This document shows, piece after piece, positions 7,591-17,043 of a DNA stretch of 64,000 nt (position 1 is its first letter; every line of letters begins with the position of its first letter). A program made the translations under genes and the position numbers. The DNA comes from an uncultured Haloferula sp. (GTDB lineage: Bacteria > Verrucomicrobiota > Verrucomicrobiia > Verrucomicrobiales > Akkermansiaceae). The notes beneath the pieces are model-generated. The model was given only the letters and a program-made list of their open reading frames with translations, did no database searches and was not told where the DNA came from. The stretch spans positions 160,001 to 224,000 of the forward strand of contig CBFGTS010000003.1 of the NCBI GenBank assembly GCA_965652295.1, written 5' to 3'.

Positions 7591-9978
7591 TCAGGCCTTG
7601 CGAATGCGCGCGGCGCATTTCTTGTAGTCCGGTTCCTTGGAGATCGGGCAGTGGGCGTCGAGGGTGAGCAGGTTGATCTGGCGGATCTGGTCGAAGAACG
7701 GGACGAACAGGCTGCCGCGCGGCGGACGACCGCGGCCGTTGATCCAGGCGTTCAGCTCAAGCTTCCCGCGGCGGGTGGCGAGGATCACCTTGTCGCCGTT
7801 GCCGATTCCCGCCTCACGGGCGTCGTCGGGGTGAATCTCGACGTAGTTGTTCGGCACCGCACCGCGGAGCTGCGGCACGCGCATCGTCATGGTCCCGGTG
7901 TGCCAGTGCTCAAGCACCCGGCCGGTGCACAGCCAGAACGGAAACTCCTCGTCCGGTTCCTCCGGATGCGCCTCGTACGGACAGAACCAGATCTGGGCGC
8001 GGCCGTCGTGCGTCGTGGAATGATAGAACTCGATGCCGTTGCCCTTTTTCACGAAGGGATCGTCGAACTCGGAGAAGCGGAAGCGGGTTTCGCGGAAAGA
8101 ACCGTCGGATTGCTCGACGACCGGCCAGCGCAGGCCGGTGTGGTCCTTGAGCACGTCGTACGGGGCGAGATGCTTGTGCTTGAGGAAAGTCAGCGGGCGG
8201 TAGTCGTCGTAGAGCGCGCGATCGACGTTGATTTCGTGGAAACGATCGTATTCCCAGACGGGCACTTCGTTTCCTGCATCGTCGGTGAAGCGGAAGATGA
8301 AGTTGCCGTCCTTGTCCTTCATCCCGGGATGACCGAGGTCGTAAAGCCGGCGGGCGATGGCGATGGTCATCCACACGTCCTCGCGCGCTTCGCCGGGCGG
8401 CTCGACCTGCTTGAACCACTGCTGGGTGCGGCGCTCGGAATTGCCGAAGACGCCGTTCTTTTCGACCCACAGCGCGGCGGGCAGAACCAGGTCGGCCAGC
8501 TCGGTGGTGGCGGTCGGATAGACGTCGGAAACGATCAGGAACTTGTCCTCCAGGCCCTTCTTCGCACGGAACAGCTTGTGGAGGTTCGGCAGCGACTGGC
8601 CGGGATTGGTCACCTGGACGAGGATCGTCCTGATGTCGCCACCCTCCGCCGTGGGCGTGCAGAATTTCTCCCACATCAGCACCGTGTGGTGGCCGGGAGT
8701 GGCGTTGATCCGACCTGCGGGAAGGTTCCAGTGCTGCTCGCACTGTTCGCGGTGCTCGGGCTTGGCGACCAGGCGTCCGCCGGGCAGCGCGTGGCACAGC
8801 GTGCCGACCTCGCGCGCGGTGCCGCAGGCGGAGGGCTGGCCGGTCAGGGATGTCGGCGCGTTGCCGGGGGTGCCGAATTTTCCGCTGAGCAAATGGATGC
8901 CGTGGACCAGCCGGTTGATCGCGGTGGCGCGGGTGTGCTGGTTCATGCCCATGCACCAGGTGGAGGTGATCTTCACGTTCGGATCGGCGAAAAGATCGCC
9001 CAACAAGCGAAGCTGCTCGACCGGGAGACCCGAAATCTGACTCACCTTTTCCGGCGTATACTCGGCCACCCGCTCCTTGAAGTCCTCGAAATCGATCGCC
9101 ACGCCGTTCAGGTCGGGCTTCGAAATGTCGGCATCGGCGCGAAAGGCGCAGTGCTTTTCGACGAAGTCCTTGTCCCACGCGCCGCGCTCGATGAGTTGTT
9201 GGGCGATGCAGTTGGCGATCGCCAGGTCGCTCTGCGGGCGGAATTCCATGTAGTGGTCGGCGAACTCGCTGGTGCGGGTGCGGCGCGTGCCGAGGTCGAT
9301 GAGCGTGACCTTTTCGCCACGCGACTTCCGGTCATAGAAACGCGAGAACAGCACCGGGTGCATCTCGGACATGTTGTTTCCCCACAGGATCAGCACGTCG
9401 CAGGCGTCGAAATCGTCGTAGCAACCGGCGGGCTCGTCGACGCCGTAGGTGGAAATGAAGCCGGTCACCGCCGAGGCCATGCACAAGCGGGCGTTCGGCT
9501 CGATGTGGTTGTTCGAGAGCCCGCCTTTCATCAGCTTCTGCGCGGCGTAGCCCTCAGGGATCGTCCACTGGCCGGAGCCGTAGAAAGCGAACTGCCCGGG
9601 CGCGTCCATGATCTTGCGCGCGGCGAGGTCGATCGCCTCATCCCAGGAAATCCGCTCCAGCGCGCCGTTGCGACGCAGCATCGGGTGCTTCAGACGGTCC
9701 TCACCATAGAGGATCCCGCCGACGTGGTAGCCCTTCACGCACAGCAGGCCCTTGTTGACCTCGGCGTCGGGGTGTCCCGCGATGGCGACCACCTTGCCGT
9801 CACGCACGCCGACCTTGACGTGACACCCGGTGCCGCAGAACCGGCAGGGTGCCTTATCCCATCGGATCCCCGCATCGGGCGCATTGACGGGCGCGGCTCC
9901 CGCACGCTGCCCGGCTGCCGCCGTGGCCGCCGCCATCGCCGCCGCCTTGAGAAAGGTTCTTCGCTCAAGCGCTTCCAT
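7591..9978 (-). CDS. napA: Periplasmic nitrate reductase catalytic subunit
   Basis: Tat ERRTFLK; CRFCGTGC; GSGQWT; NARLCMASAV; LTGQPSACGTAREVG; TGRVLEHWHTGTMT; EPDYKKCA. Confidence 0.95.
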   Translation of the reverse strand: MEALERRTFLKAAAMAAATAAAGQRAGAAPVNAPDAGIRWDKAPCRFCGTGCHVKVGVRDGKVVAIAGHPDAEVNKGLLCVKGYHVGGILYGEDRLKHPMLRRNGALERISWDEAIDLAARKIMDAPGQFAFYGSGQWTIPEGYAAQKLMKGGLSNNHIEPNARLCMASAVTGFISTYGVDEPAGCYDDFDACDVLILWGNNMSEMHPVLFSRFYDRKSRGEKVTLIDLGTRRTRTSEFADHYMEFRPQSDLAIANCIAQQLIERGAWDKDFVEKHCAFRADADISKPDLNGVAIDFEDFKERVAEYTPEKVSQISGLPVEQLRLLGDLFADPNVKITSTWCMGMNQHTRATAINRLVHGIHLLSGKFGTPGNAPTSLTGQPSACGTAREVGTLCHALPGGRLVAKPEHREQCEQHWNLPAGRINATPGHHTVLMWEKFCTPTAEGGDIRTILVQVTNPGQSLPNLHKLFRAKKGLEDKFLIVSDVYPTATTELADLVLPAALWVEKNGVFGNSERRTQQWFKQVEPPGEAREDVWMTIAIARRLYDLGHPGMKDKDGNFIFRFTDDAGNEVPVWEYDRFHEINVDRALYDDYRPLTFLKHKHLAPYDVLKDHTGLRWPVVEQSDGSFRETRFRFSEFDDPFVKKGNGIEFYHSTTHDGRAQIWFCPYEAHPEEPDEEFPFWLCTGRVLEHWHTGTMTMRVPQLRGAVPNNYVEIHPDDAREAGIGNGDKVILATRRGKLELNAWINGRGRPPRGSLFVPFFDQIRQINLLTLDAHCPISKEPDYKKCAARIRKA

Positions 9979-9983
9979 TGTCT

Positions 9984-10226
9984 TCAGGTGTTGGGTTCAT
10001 CGAAGCCAACCAGAATCACATCGACCTGATCCACCCCGTGCAGGGATTCCAGCCATCTATGAACCTCCCGCGCCTCTCGGTCGTCGGCCGTGTCCGTCAC
10101 CAACGCCAGCCAACGGTCCTGCCGCTCGCCCCGCTCCAGATCCGGACGTGTGGCGATTCGCTCGCAGGCGTCGGCCGCCAAGGCGGAGTCACAGGAAAGG
10201 GTCACCATCAGGCCGTTGATTGGCAT
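9984..10226 (-). CDS. napD: NapD-like chaperone
   Basis: 80 aa, MPINGLMV...LVTDT...LHGVDQVDVI, directly upstream of napA. Confidence 0.65.
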   Translation of the reverse strand: MPINGLMVTLSCDSALAADACERIATRPDLERGERQDRWLALVTDTADDREAREVHRWLESLHGVDQVDVILVGFDEPNT

Positions 10227-10271
10227 CGCGTCTTCGGGTTACAGGAAAGGAGTGATCGCTTGAGGAGGCGA

Positions 10272-10303
10272 ATTCAAGAAAAACCTCGTTGTTTTTCTTG
10301 AAT
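10272..10303. promoter_or_regulatory. Perfect 13-bp inverted repeat between divergent operons (candidate operator)
   Basis: ATTCAAGAAAAAC-CTCGTT-GTTTTTCTTGAAT. Confidence 0.6.
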
Positions 10304-10385
10304 AGCGGAATCAGATTCACTATCTCCGACTTCAGCCGAGGAATCCCCTCCGGAACCGTCTCGTGCCATCATCGTATTAGACACA

Positions 10386-11033
10386 ATGACTCGCGGCATC
10401 GGCAAGATCGTATTTGGAGGCATCGTTGCCTTCATTGGTCTGTATTTCGTGACCGCCCTGGCATGGACATGGTACACCAGTGAAAAACGAACCGCCGCGG
10501 AAAAGCCGGGGCAACTCACCGTGGCAGCCCCGGCCCTAGGGGAGCCCCATCCCGTCGTGATCCGCCAGCCGGACGGGAAGGTGATGGTCGACAGCGGCCG
10601 TCGCGACAGCCGCGGCGAGCCGATGATGGTGGCCTGCGCGACCTGCCACGACACCCGCCCGCCCGAACCTTCGGTCCACTCCGCTGCCGAACTCGACGAG
10701 TTTCACCAAGGTCTCACCTACGCCCACGGCGAGCTGAGTTGCCTAAGCTGTCACAACGCGGACGACTACGACACCCTCAAACTGGCCAACGGCCAGGCGG
10801 TCGATTTCAGCGCCAGCATGATCCTCTGCGCCCAGTGCCACGGACCGCAATTCCGCGATTACCGGAATGGTAGCCATGGCGGCATGCAGGGCCACTGGGA
10901 CCTGACCCGGGGCGGTCGCAACCGCAACACCTGCATCGATTGCCACGACGCCCATCATCCGGCCTTCCCCCAGGTGATGCCGGTCTTTCCACCCAAGCCC
11001 GAGAAGGGCGAAACCCCAAGCCACCATGAATGA
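10386..11033 (+). CDS. Membrane-anchored tetraheme cytochrome c
   Basis: N-terminal TM; CATCH, CLSCH, CAQCH, CIDCH. Confidence 0.85.
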   Translation: MTRGIGKIVFGGIVAFIGLYFVTALAWTWYTSEKRTAAEKPGQLTVAAPALGEPHPVVIRQPDGKVMVDSGRRDSRGEPMMVACATCHDTRPPEPSVHSAAELDEFHQGLTYAHGELSCLSCHNADDYDTLKLANGQAVDFSASMILCAQCHGPQFRDYRNGSHGGMQGHWDLTRGGRNRNTCIDCHDAHHPAFPQVMPVFPPKPEKGETPSHHE

Positions 11034-11988
11034 TTCCTCCTGCGGATCCAGCTGCGGCTGCAAGGACGGCAGTGGCCGCGACGACTCCCTCTTTTCGCGG
11101 CGCAACCTGCTCAAGGGCGGAGCCATGACCCTCGGCGCGGCAGCCTTCGCCAAGGCACTCTCGCCGCTCGCTCACTGGACTCGCGAGGAAACCTCCGTCG
11201 AGGAGTTCCTTCAGAAACACTACCGCGAGTTGACCAAGATCGACCTCGAACTGGTCCTCAAGCGTCTCGAGAAGGACACCAAGGAAAACTACGGTGCCGA
11301 CGTCACCATCACCGACCACCGGCCGCAGAAGGGCGTCAAATTCGGCTATGCGCTCAATCTAAGCATCTGCATCGGCTGCCGCCGCTGCGCCGAGGCCTGC
11401 CACCACGAGAACAACCACGACCGCGACACCAGCAATTCGTACATCCGCGTCCTTGAGATGACCAAGGGGTCGATGGACATGGAGAAGGGCAACGTCCACT
11501 ACGACCATCCGGTCCCCCACCCCGACAAGTTCTATATGCCGGTCCAGTGCCAGCAGTGCGACAACCCGCCCTGCGTCGACGTCTGCCCGGTCGAAGCAAC
11601 CTGGAAAGAGGAGGACGGCATCGTGGTGGTCGATTACAACTGGTGCATCGGTTGCCGTTACTGCGAGGCCGCCTGCCCCTATCACGCCCGCCGTTTCAAT
11701 TGGAAAAAACCGGTGGTGCCCAAGGACGAGATCAACCCGAACCAATCCTACCTCAGCAACCGCATCCGCCCGCAGGGCGTGATGGAAAAATGCACTTTCT
11801 GCCTACACCGGACCCGCGAGGGCCGCATGCCCGCCTGCCTCGAGGCCTGCCCGACCGGTGCCCGCGTTTTCGGCAACCTGCTCGATCCCGACTCCGAGAT
11901 CCGCAAGGTCATCGACACCAAGCGGGTCTTCGTTCTCAAGGAGGAACTCGGAACCCGGCCCAGCTTCTTCTATTTCTTCGACGAATAG
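11026..11988 (+). CDS. NrfC/DmsB-like 4x[4Fe-4S] protein
   Basis: SRRNLLK; CIGCRRCAEAC, CQQCDNPPCVDVCP, CIGCRYCEAACP, EKCTFC...PACLEACP. Confidence 0.9.
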   Translation: MNDSSCGSSCGCKDGSGRDDSLFSRRNLLKGGAMTLGAAAFAKALSPLAHWTREETSVEEFLQKHYRELTKIDLELVLKRLEKDTKENYGADVTITDHRPQKGVKFGYALNLSICIGCRRCAEACHHENNHDRDTSNSYIRVLEMTKGSMDMEKGNVHYDHPVPHPDKFYMPVQCQQCDNPPCVDVCPVEATWKEEDGIVVVDYNWCIGCRYCEAACPYHARRFNWKKPVVPKDEINPNQSYLSNRIRPQGVMEKCTFCLHRTREGRMPACLEACPTGARVFGNLLDPDSEIRKVIDTKRVFVLKEELGTRPSFFYFFDE

Positions 11989-11992
11989 GCTC

Positions 11993-13288
11993 ATGACTCC
12001 GCCCGATGCCGAAACCGCGGACGCGCCCCATCACGACGCACGTTTCCACGCGACCAGCTACCTGAAGTTCCTGCGCCTCGCCTTCCGCCTGGCCACCGAG
12101 GGCAGCTGGCTGTTCTACGTCTGGATGTTTGTACTGACGTGCATCGCGCTCGTTGGCACCCACGCTTGGGCGGTCCAGGTCCGCGACGGCATGGCCGTCA
12201 CCGCCATGACCGATCACGTCTCGTGGGGTCTCTATATCGCGAATTTCACCTTCATCGTCGGCCTCGCCGCCGGCGGCGTGATGATGGTCATACCGGCCTA
12301 CATCTATCACGACCGCGACATGCACGACACGGTCATCATCGGTGAGTTGCTCGCCATCGCGTCGATCGTGATGTGCTTGCTATTCGTGGTCGTCGATCTC
12401 GGCCGGCCCGACCGCTTTTGGCATATCATGCCCTTCCTCGGGAAGTTCAACTGGCCGATTTCAATGCTCACCTGGGACGTCATTGTGCTCAACGGCTATC
12501 TGCTGCTCAATCTGCACATCTGTGGCTATCTGCTCTACAAGCGCTTCCTCGGCGAGGAACCCGACAGGCGTTGGTATGTCCCCTTCGTGTTCCTGAGTAT
12601 CGCTTGGGCGATCTCGATCCACACCGTGACCGCCTTCCTTTACTGCGGTCTCGGCGGGCGCCCGTTCTGGAACACTGCCCTACTCGCCCCGCGTTTCCTG
12701 ACGTCCGCCTTCGTCGCGGGACCGGCCTTCATTGTCGTGGTGCTGCAGATCATCCGTCGGCTGACGAAGATGCGCACCGGCGAGGGTTCGATCCGGACGC
12801 TGATTGGCATCATGCGTATCACGATCCTAATCAACCTAGTGATGCTCGTGTCGGAGATCTTCACTTCCTTTTACACCGGTGGAGCACACGGAGTGTCAGC
12901 CAAATATCTGTTCTTCGGCCACCATGGCCACAGCGCGTTGGTGCCTTGGATGTGGACATCGGTAACATTCAGTGTCGTCGCCGCCATCCTCTTGATGCGT
13001 CCGAAAGTCCACAATCACGTTTGGACGCTCGACATCGCCTGCGCACTGGCTTTCGCGGGCATCTGGATCGAAAAGGGCATGGGCCTGATCATTCCCGGCT
13101 TCATCCCCTCCACCCTTCACGAATGGGTCGAGTATCTCCCAAGCGCCACCGAGTGGAAAATCACCGCCGGCATTTGGGCTGGCGGGCTCATGATCTACAC
13201 CCTGCTTCTGAAGATTGCCATCCCGGTTTTCTCAGGCGAAGCGCGGACAGTTTCAAACTCACCGTTATGTTCGGATACGGAAAAATGA
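11993..13288 (+). CDS. NrfD/PsrC (DsrP-like) membrane quinol-interacting subunit
   Basis: WGLYIANFTFIVGLAAG, DLGRPDRFWH, SMLTWDV, SIHTVTAFL; multiple TM helices. Confidence 0.85.
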   Translation: MTPPDAETADAPHHDARFHATSYLKFLRLAFRLATEGSWLFYVWMFVLTCIALVGTHAWAVQVRDGMAVTAMTDHVSWGLYIANFTFIVGLAAGGVMMVIPAYIYHDRDMHDTVIIGELLAIASIVMCLLFVVVDLGRPDRFWHIMPFLGKFNWPISMLTWDVIVLNGYLLLNLHICGYLLYKRFLGEEPDRRWYVPFVFLSIAWAISIHTVTAFLYCGLGGRPFWNTALLAPRFLTSAFVAGPAFIVVVLQIIRRLTKMRTGEGSIRTLIGIMRITILINLVMLVSEIFTSFYTGGAHGVSAKYLFFGHHGHSALVPWMWTSVTFSVVAAILLMRPKVHNHVWTLDIACALAFAGIWIEKGMGLIIPGFIPSTLHEWVEYLPSATEWKITAGIWAGGLMIYTLLLKIAIPVFSGEARTVSNSPLCSDTEK

Positions 13289-13698
13289 GCGGCTGCGCGG
13301 TCGCCTCGATGAGTTCTCTCGCGGAAGTATACCCGACTGGGATTACTCTGAACTCACACCAGATTGCCAAAAACCGGAACCTCTCCCAACCCGTGATTGG
13401 GAAAGTGATGACGGTGCTGTCGCAGCACGGCTTCGTGCACGGAACTCGGGGCCCCGGCGGGGGCTACCGGCTGGCTCGCGATCCTTCGACCATTACGATC
13501 TATGAAATCGTCGAGCTGTTCGAAGGCCATCGCGACTCCAGCTCCTGTCCCTTCGGCCCTGGCTGGTGCGGAGTCGGCGAACCCTGCCCGCTTCACGACG
13601 CGCTCGCGGCGATGAGCGAGTCCGCTGCCCAGACGCTTCGGGACATCACTTTCGCCGCATTTGTCGATCATCCCAAACAGTCGGCAGCTTCCGACTAG
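13267..13698 (+). CDS. Rrf2-family Fe-S regulator
   Basis: GTRGPGGGYRLARDP; CPFGPGWC...CPLHD. Confidence 0.85.
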   Translation: MFGYGKMSGCAVASMSSLAEVYPTGITLNSHQIAKNRNLSQPVIGKVMTVLSQHGFVHGTRGPGGGYRLARDPSTITIYEIVELFEGHRDSSSCPFGPGWCGVGEPCPLHDALAAMSESAAQTLRDITFAAFVDHPKQSAASD

Positions 13699-14030
13699 CT
13701 TTTGAAACAAAGGCCCGTTAAACGATTTTTCTTGGTCGTCTCATTCACCGCCCTCAGTTCGGTCTAACCTATATCTCCATCGATTCAGCCACCCCAGCCA
13801 TGGCTGAACTCTCGATCAAGTCGGCGCTGAAGTCGCACCCCATTTCAATACAATGACGCTTGGTCCGGGCAACCCGGTCCATCCTCCGCACACAGATTTC
13901 GACACCGCCGATAGGGGCGATCGCACATTTTGGAGAGACAATCCTGAGGCTTGGTCAGCCGAATTCATCCCCTCTGAACGAAGGGAAAGCAACCCAACTG
14001 GCGTGAGGTAGGTGCCAACGGCGATCTGCT

Positions 14031-14702
14031 TCATTCCCTTTCGAAACGGAAACCCTTCAGGCGGCGGCCCAAACCCTTGAGTCGGGGCAGATGGGGGGGC
14101 AACTCGTTGTAGCCGCCGGACAGGAGATTTCCGAGAATCCCTCCCAGCAGGAAATCGGCGAATACCGGCTCGTCTCCCAACAGGAACGGATTGACCGAAA
14201 CCATGCCCTCCAACGGACGCAGCAGTTCGGCGGACTTCTGCAGGATCGACTCTCGGTCCTGACTCCACAGATCCACGCAGCCCCGGCCGAACTTCCGTTC
14301 TTTGTGCCGCACGATCATGCCTCGCTCGGCAACATCTTCGACCGCATCGATGAAAAATGGATCGTAAGCCCGGAAGGTGACGCCTTCGACTTCGTTCTCT
14401 AGGTAGCGGATCACCAGATCGTGGACACCCCACAACCTGTCAGGAAACAGCCGTCCTAGGGCGAAGACTCTGTCGATGTATCGCGCGATGTCCTGACTGT
14501 CGCCTCCCGACTCGAACACCACCCTCTCTCCGTGCACCAGCACCGGAACCTCGTAGCAGGCACCTCCGGTCAAACGGAGCACGCTGCTGCGGTCGGCAAC
14601 AGACACCTCGCGTCGCTCGAAAGGAACCTCCAGAGACCCGAGGGCGGTCTCGATGGCGATACAAAAGGGACTATGGGCGAACCCGTGGACTTCGACATTC
14701 AT
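14031..14702 (-). CDS. Glutathione S-transferase-like protein
   Basis: HSPFC, YEVPVL, SQDIARYI, FLLGDEPVFADF. Confidence 0.75.
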   Translation of the reverse strand: MNVEVHGFAHSPFCIAIETALGSLEVPFERREVSVADRSSVLRLTGGACYEVPVLVHGERVVFESGGDSQDIARYIDRVFALGRLFPDRLWGVHDLVIRYLENEVEGVTFRAYDPFFIDAVEDVAERGMIVRHKERKFGRGCVDLWSQDRESILQKSAELLRPLEGMVSVNPFLLGDEPVFADFLLGGILGNLLSGGYNELPPHLPRLKGLGRRLKGFRFERE

Positions 14703-14745
14703 AGCGTGGGAGGCCGATGAGCCGCCCTCATCGGCGCGACAAGCC

Positions 14746-14780
14746 GCTTGCATAATATCGCACTACGACATAATGCAAGC
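14746..14780. promoter_or_regulatory. MarR operator candidate
   Basis: GCTTGCATAATATCG-N5-CGACATAATGCAAGC (13/15 inverted match) ending 5 nt before the marR ATG. Confidence 0.6.
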
Positions 14781-14785
14781 GCCGG

Positions 14786-15211
14786 ATGTCCAAATTCCGC
14801 AAGAAACTTACCGACGGCGACTACAATCGTCTCGCGAACTTCCGCTTCGCCCTGCGCCGCTTCCTTGAGTTCAGCGCCGCGGCCGCCCGCACCGAAGGGC
14901 TCACACCCCGCCAGCACCAGGCGATGCTGGCGATCCGGGGCAGCGAGCACGCGCGTGCCAGCGTGGGACACCTCGCCGAACGCCTCTGCCTCAAACCGAA
15001 CACGGCGGCGGAACTGGCCAAGCGTTTGGAGGCTGGCGGGTGGATCACCCGTACGCCCGACAAAGCCGATCGGCGGGTGGTCGTTCTAGAGCTGACACCC
15101 TCTGCGAGGGGAATTCTCGAACGCCTGAGCCATGCGCATCGTCGAGAACTGCGTCAGATAGGTCCGGAGATCGCCGCACTTTTCCAATCCCTTTCCGAGG
15201 AGGTCGAATGA
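14786..15211 (+). CDS. MarR-family regulator
   Basis: FRFALRRFL, GLTPRQHQAML, DRRVVVLELT. Confidence 0.9.
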   Translation: MSKFRKKLTDGDYNRLANFRFALRRFLEFSAAAARTEGLTPRQHQAMLAIRGSEHARASVGHLAERLCLKPNTAAELAKRLEAGGWITRTPDKADRRVVVLELTPSARGILERLSHAHRRELRQIGPEIAALFQSLSEEVE

Positions 15212-16965
15212 GAAAATCCGCATGGGAGCGCTTTCGGCTGCCCCTCGTGGCGATGCCGGTCGGAGTGGCCGTCGCCGTGGGAGGCGTTGCCCTACTCCAG
15301 TTGATCCATCTGATCTCCAATCTTTCGTTCCGCGGAGCGTTCTCTGTGCATGAGATGCCTCCCACTTTCACGCGGTTGGGTTGGCTGGCGATCTTCGTGC
15401 CGGCGGCCGGTGGTCTCGTCATCGGACTCATCGCACGATTTGTAAGTCCCGAAATCCGAGGTCATGGCATCCCCGAAGCCATGCAGGGCGTGGTCATGAA
15501 TCAAAGCCGAATCCCGCTCAAGGTAGCGATTCTCAAGCCATTGGCCACGGCGCTCTCCATCGGTACCGGAGGCCCGTTCGGAGCGGAAGGTCCGATCATC
15601 GCCACCGGCGGCGGGATTGGATCACTGGCAGGCCAGTGGATTCCGCACCCTCATGCGGAGCGCAAAGTATTGCTCGCCGCGGGGGCCGCTGCCGGGATGA
15701 CCGCGGTGTTCGGTACACCCTTGGCTGGCGTCCTGCTGGCGGTCGAGTTGTTGCTCTTTGAGTTCCGTGCCCGCAGTTTGCTGCCGGTCGCGATGGCGGC
15801 CGGAACCGCGATGGCGGTGCGCGGTCTCCTCAACCAGCCGTTCCCCATGCTACCATTGCCGGCACCGGAGGCCCCGGGACCCGCCATTGCCCTCGGCTCG
15901 ATCCTAATTGGAATCGTGTGCGGAGCCTTGGGCGCGGGCATGACGGTGGCGCTTCACGGAATCGAGCACCTCTATGAGCGTTTGCCCATCCCGCGGGTCT
16001 GGTGGCCGGCCATCGGTGGATTGTTGGTCGGCGTGATCGGATGGATTGATCCGAGGACATTGGGTTCCGGATATTTCAATCTGCGCGCCTTGTTGGATGG
16101 CGACATGGTGGTTCCAGCGATCGTGACTTTGGCTATTCTGAAATTCCTCTCATGGTCGCTCTACCTCGGCAGCGGCACCGCCGGAGGCACGCTGGCTCCG
16201 GTCATGACAGTTGGAGGGGCCGCAGCCGCCCTACTGGCTCATGCATTGACCGGTATTCCCGCGCTGGCGGACCTTCCCGTCGGCATCGCCGCCTTGATCG
16301 GCATGGCCGCCGTGTTCGCTGGAATGTCCCGAGCCTTCCTCGCCTCGGTCGCCTTCGCCTTCGAGGCAACGCATTCCACCTCCACCTTCGGCCCGCTGCT
16401 CCTCGGCTGTGCGTTCGCGGTGCTGGTATCGCGGCTTCTGATGAAGGAGTCGATCATGACCGAAAAAATGGCCCGCCAGGGAGTGCGTGTTCCGGAGGAC
16501 TATGAACCTGACGTGCTCGCCACAACCACGGTGGAAGCGGTGATGAACCGCAATCCCCACACCATTCCGCCCGACTTTCCGCTTGATCGGCTTCTCGACG
16601 AAACCCTCAACGCCCCCCATCAGGTCCGTCTCTTCCCGATGGTGGCCGAGGACCGGACTCTGCTCGGTGTGGTCTCCCGTGCGGACCTTCTTAAGGCCGC
16701 GTGCTCCGACAACGACGCAAGCGCAGGCGACCTGGCGAACCGCCGACCGTTCACGGCTCACCCCGACGAATCATTGGCCGCCGCCGCGGACCGGATGCTG
16801 ATTCATGGAGTGGGACGACTCCCCGTGGTGTCGCGGGGCGCGCAACCCGTGCTCGTTGGGCTGATCTCCCGGAAGGAAATCCTCGGAGCCCGGTGGCGGC
16901 GCCTCGTTGAAGAGCACGACCTTGCGGCTCCAGCATCCTCGCCCACTTCTCATCCCCCTGCATGA
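15208..16965 (+). CDS. ClC-family channel/antiporter with CBS pair
   Basis: GHGIPE, GGPFGAEGP, GTAGGTLAP; C-terminal CBS domains; ATGA overlap with marR. Confidence 0.9.
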   Translation: MRKSAWERFRLPLVAMPVGVAVAVGGVALLQLIHLISNLSFRGAFSVHEMPPTFTRLGWLAIFVPAAGGLVIGLIARFVSPEIRGHGIPEAMQGVVMNQSRIPLKVAILKPLATALSIGTGGPFGAEGPIIATGGGIGSLAGQWIPHPHAERKVLLAAGAAAGMTAVFGTPLAGVLLAVELLLFEFRARSLLPVAMAAGTAMAVRGLLNQPFPMLPLPAPEAPGPAIALGSILIGIVCGALGAGMTVALHGIEHLYERLPIPRVWWPAIGGLLVGVIGWIDPRTLGSGYFNLRALLDGDMVVPAIVTLAILKFLSWSLYLGSGTAGGTLAPVMTVGGAAAALLAHALTGIPALADLPVGIAALIGMAAVFAGMSRAFLASVAFAFEATHSTSTFGPLLLGCAFAVLVSRLLMKESIMTEKMARQGVRVPEDYEPDVLATTTVEAVMNRNPHTIPPDFPLDRLLDETLNAPHQVRLFPMVAEDRTLLGVVSRADLLKAACSDNDASAGDLANRRPFTAHPDESLAAAADRMLIHGVGRLPVVSRGAQPVLVGLISRKEILGARWRRLVEEHDLAAPASSPTSHPPA

Positions 16966-17043
16966 TTCGCCAGTTCCCGCGCGGCCTCCTCATCCCGTGG
17001 CGAATCCAACTCAACACCTCAACGCTCACCTACTCCACGTCCG

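Noticed and set aside
7651..10029. 792-aa ORF antisense to napA, and similar long ORFs opposite mutL, the AAA ATPase, the kinase and cusA
   Set aside because: Shadow frames from high GC3 bias; no motifs
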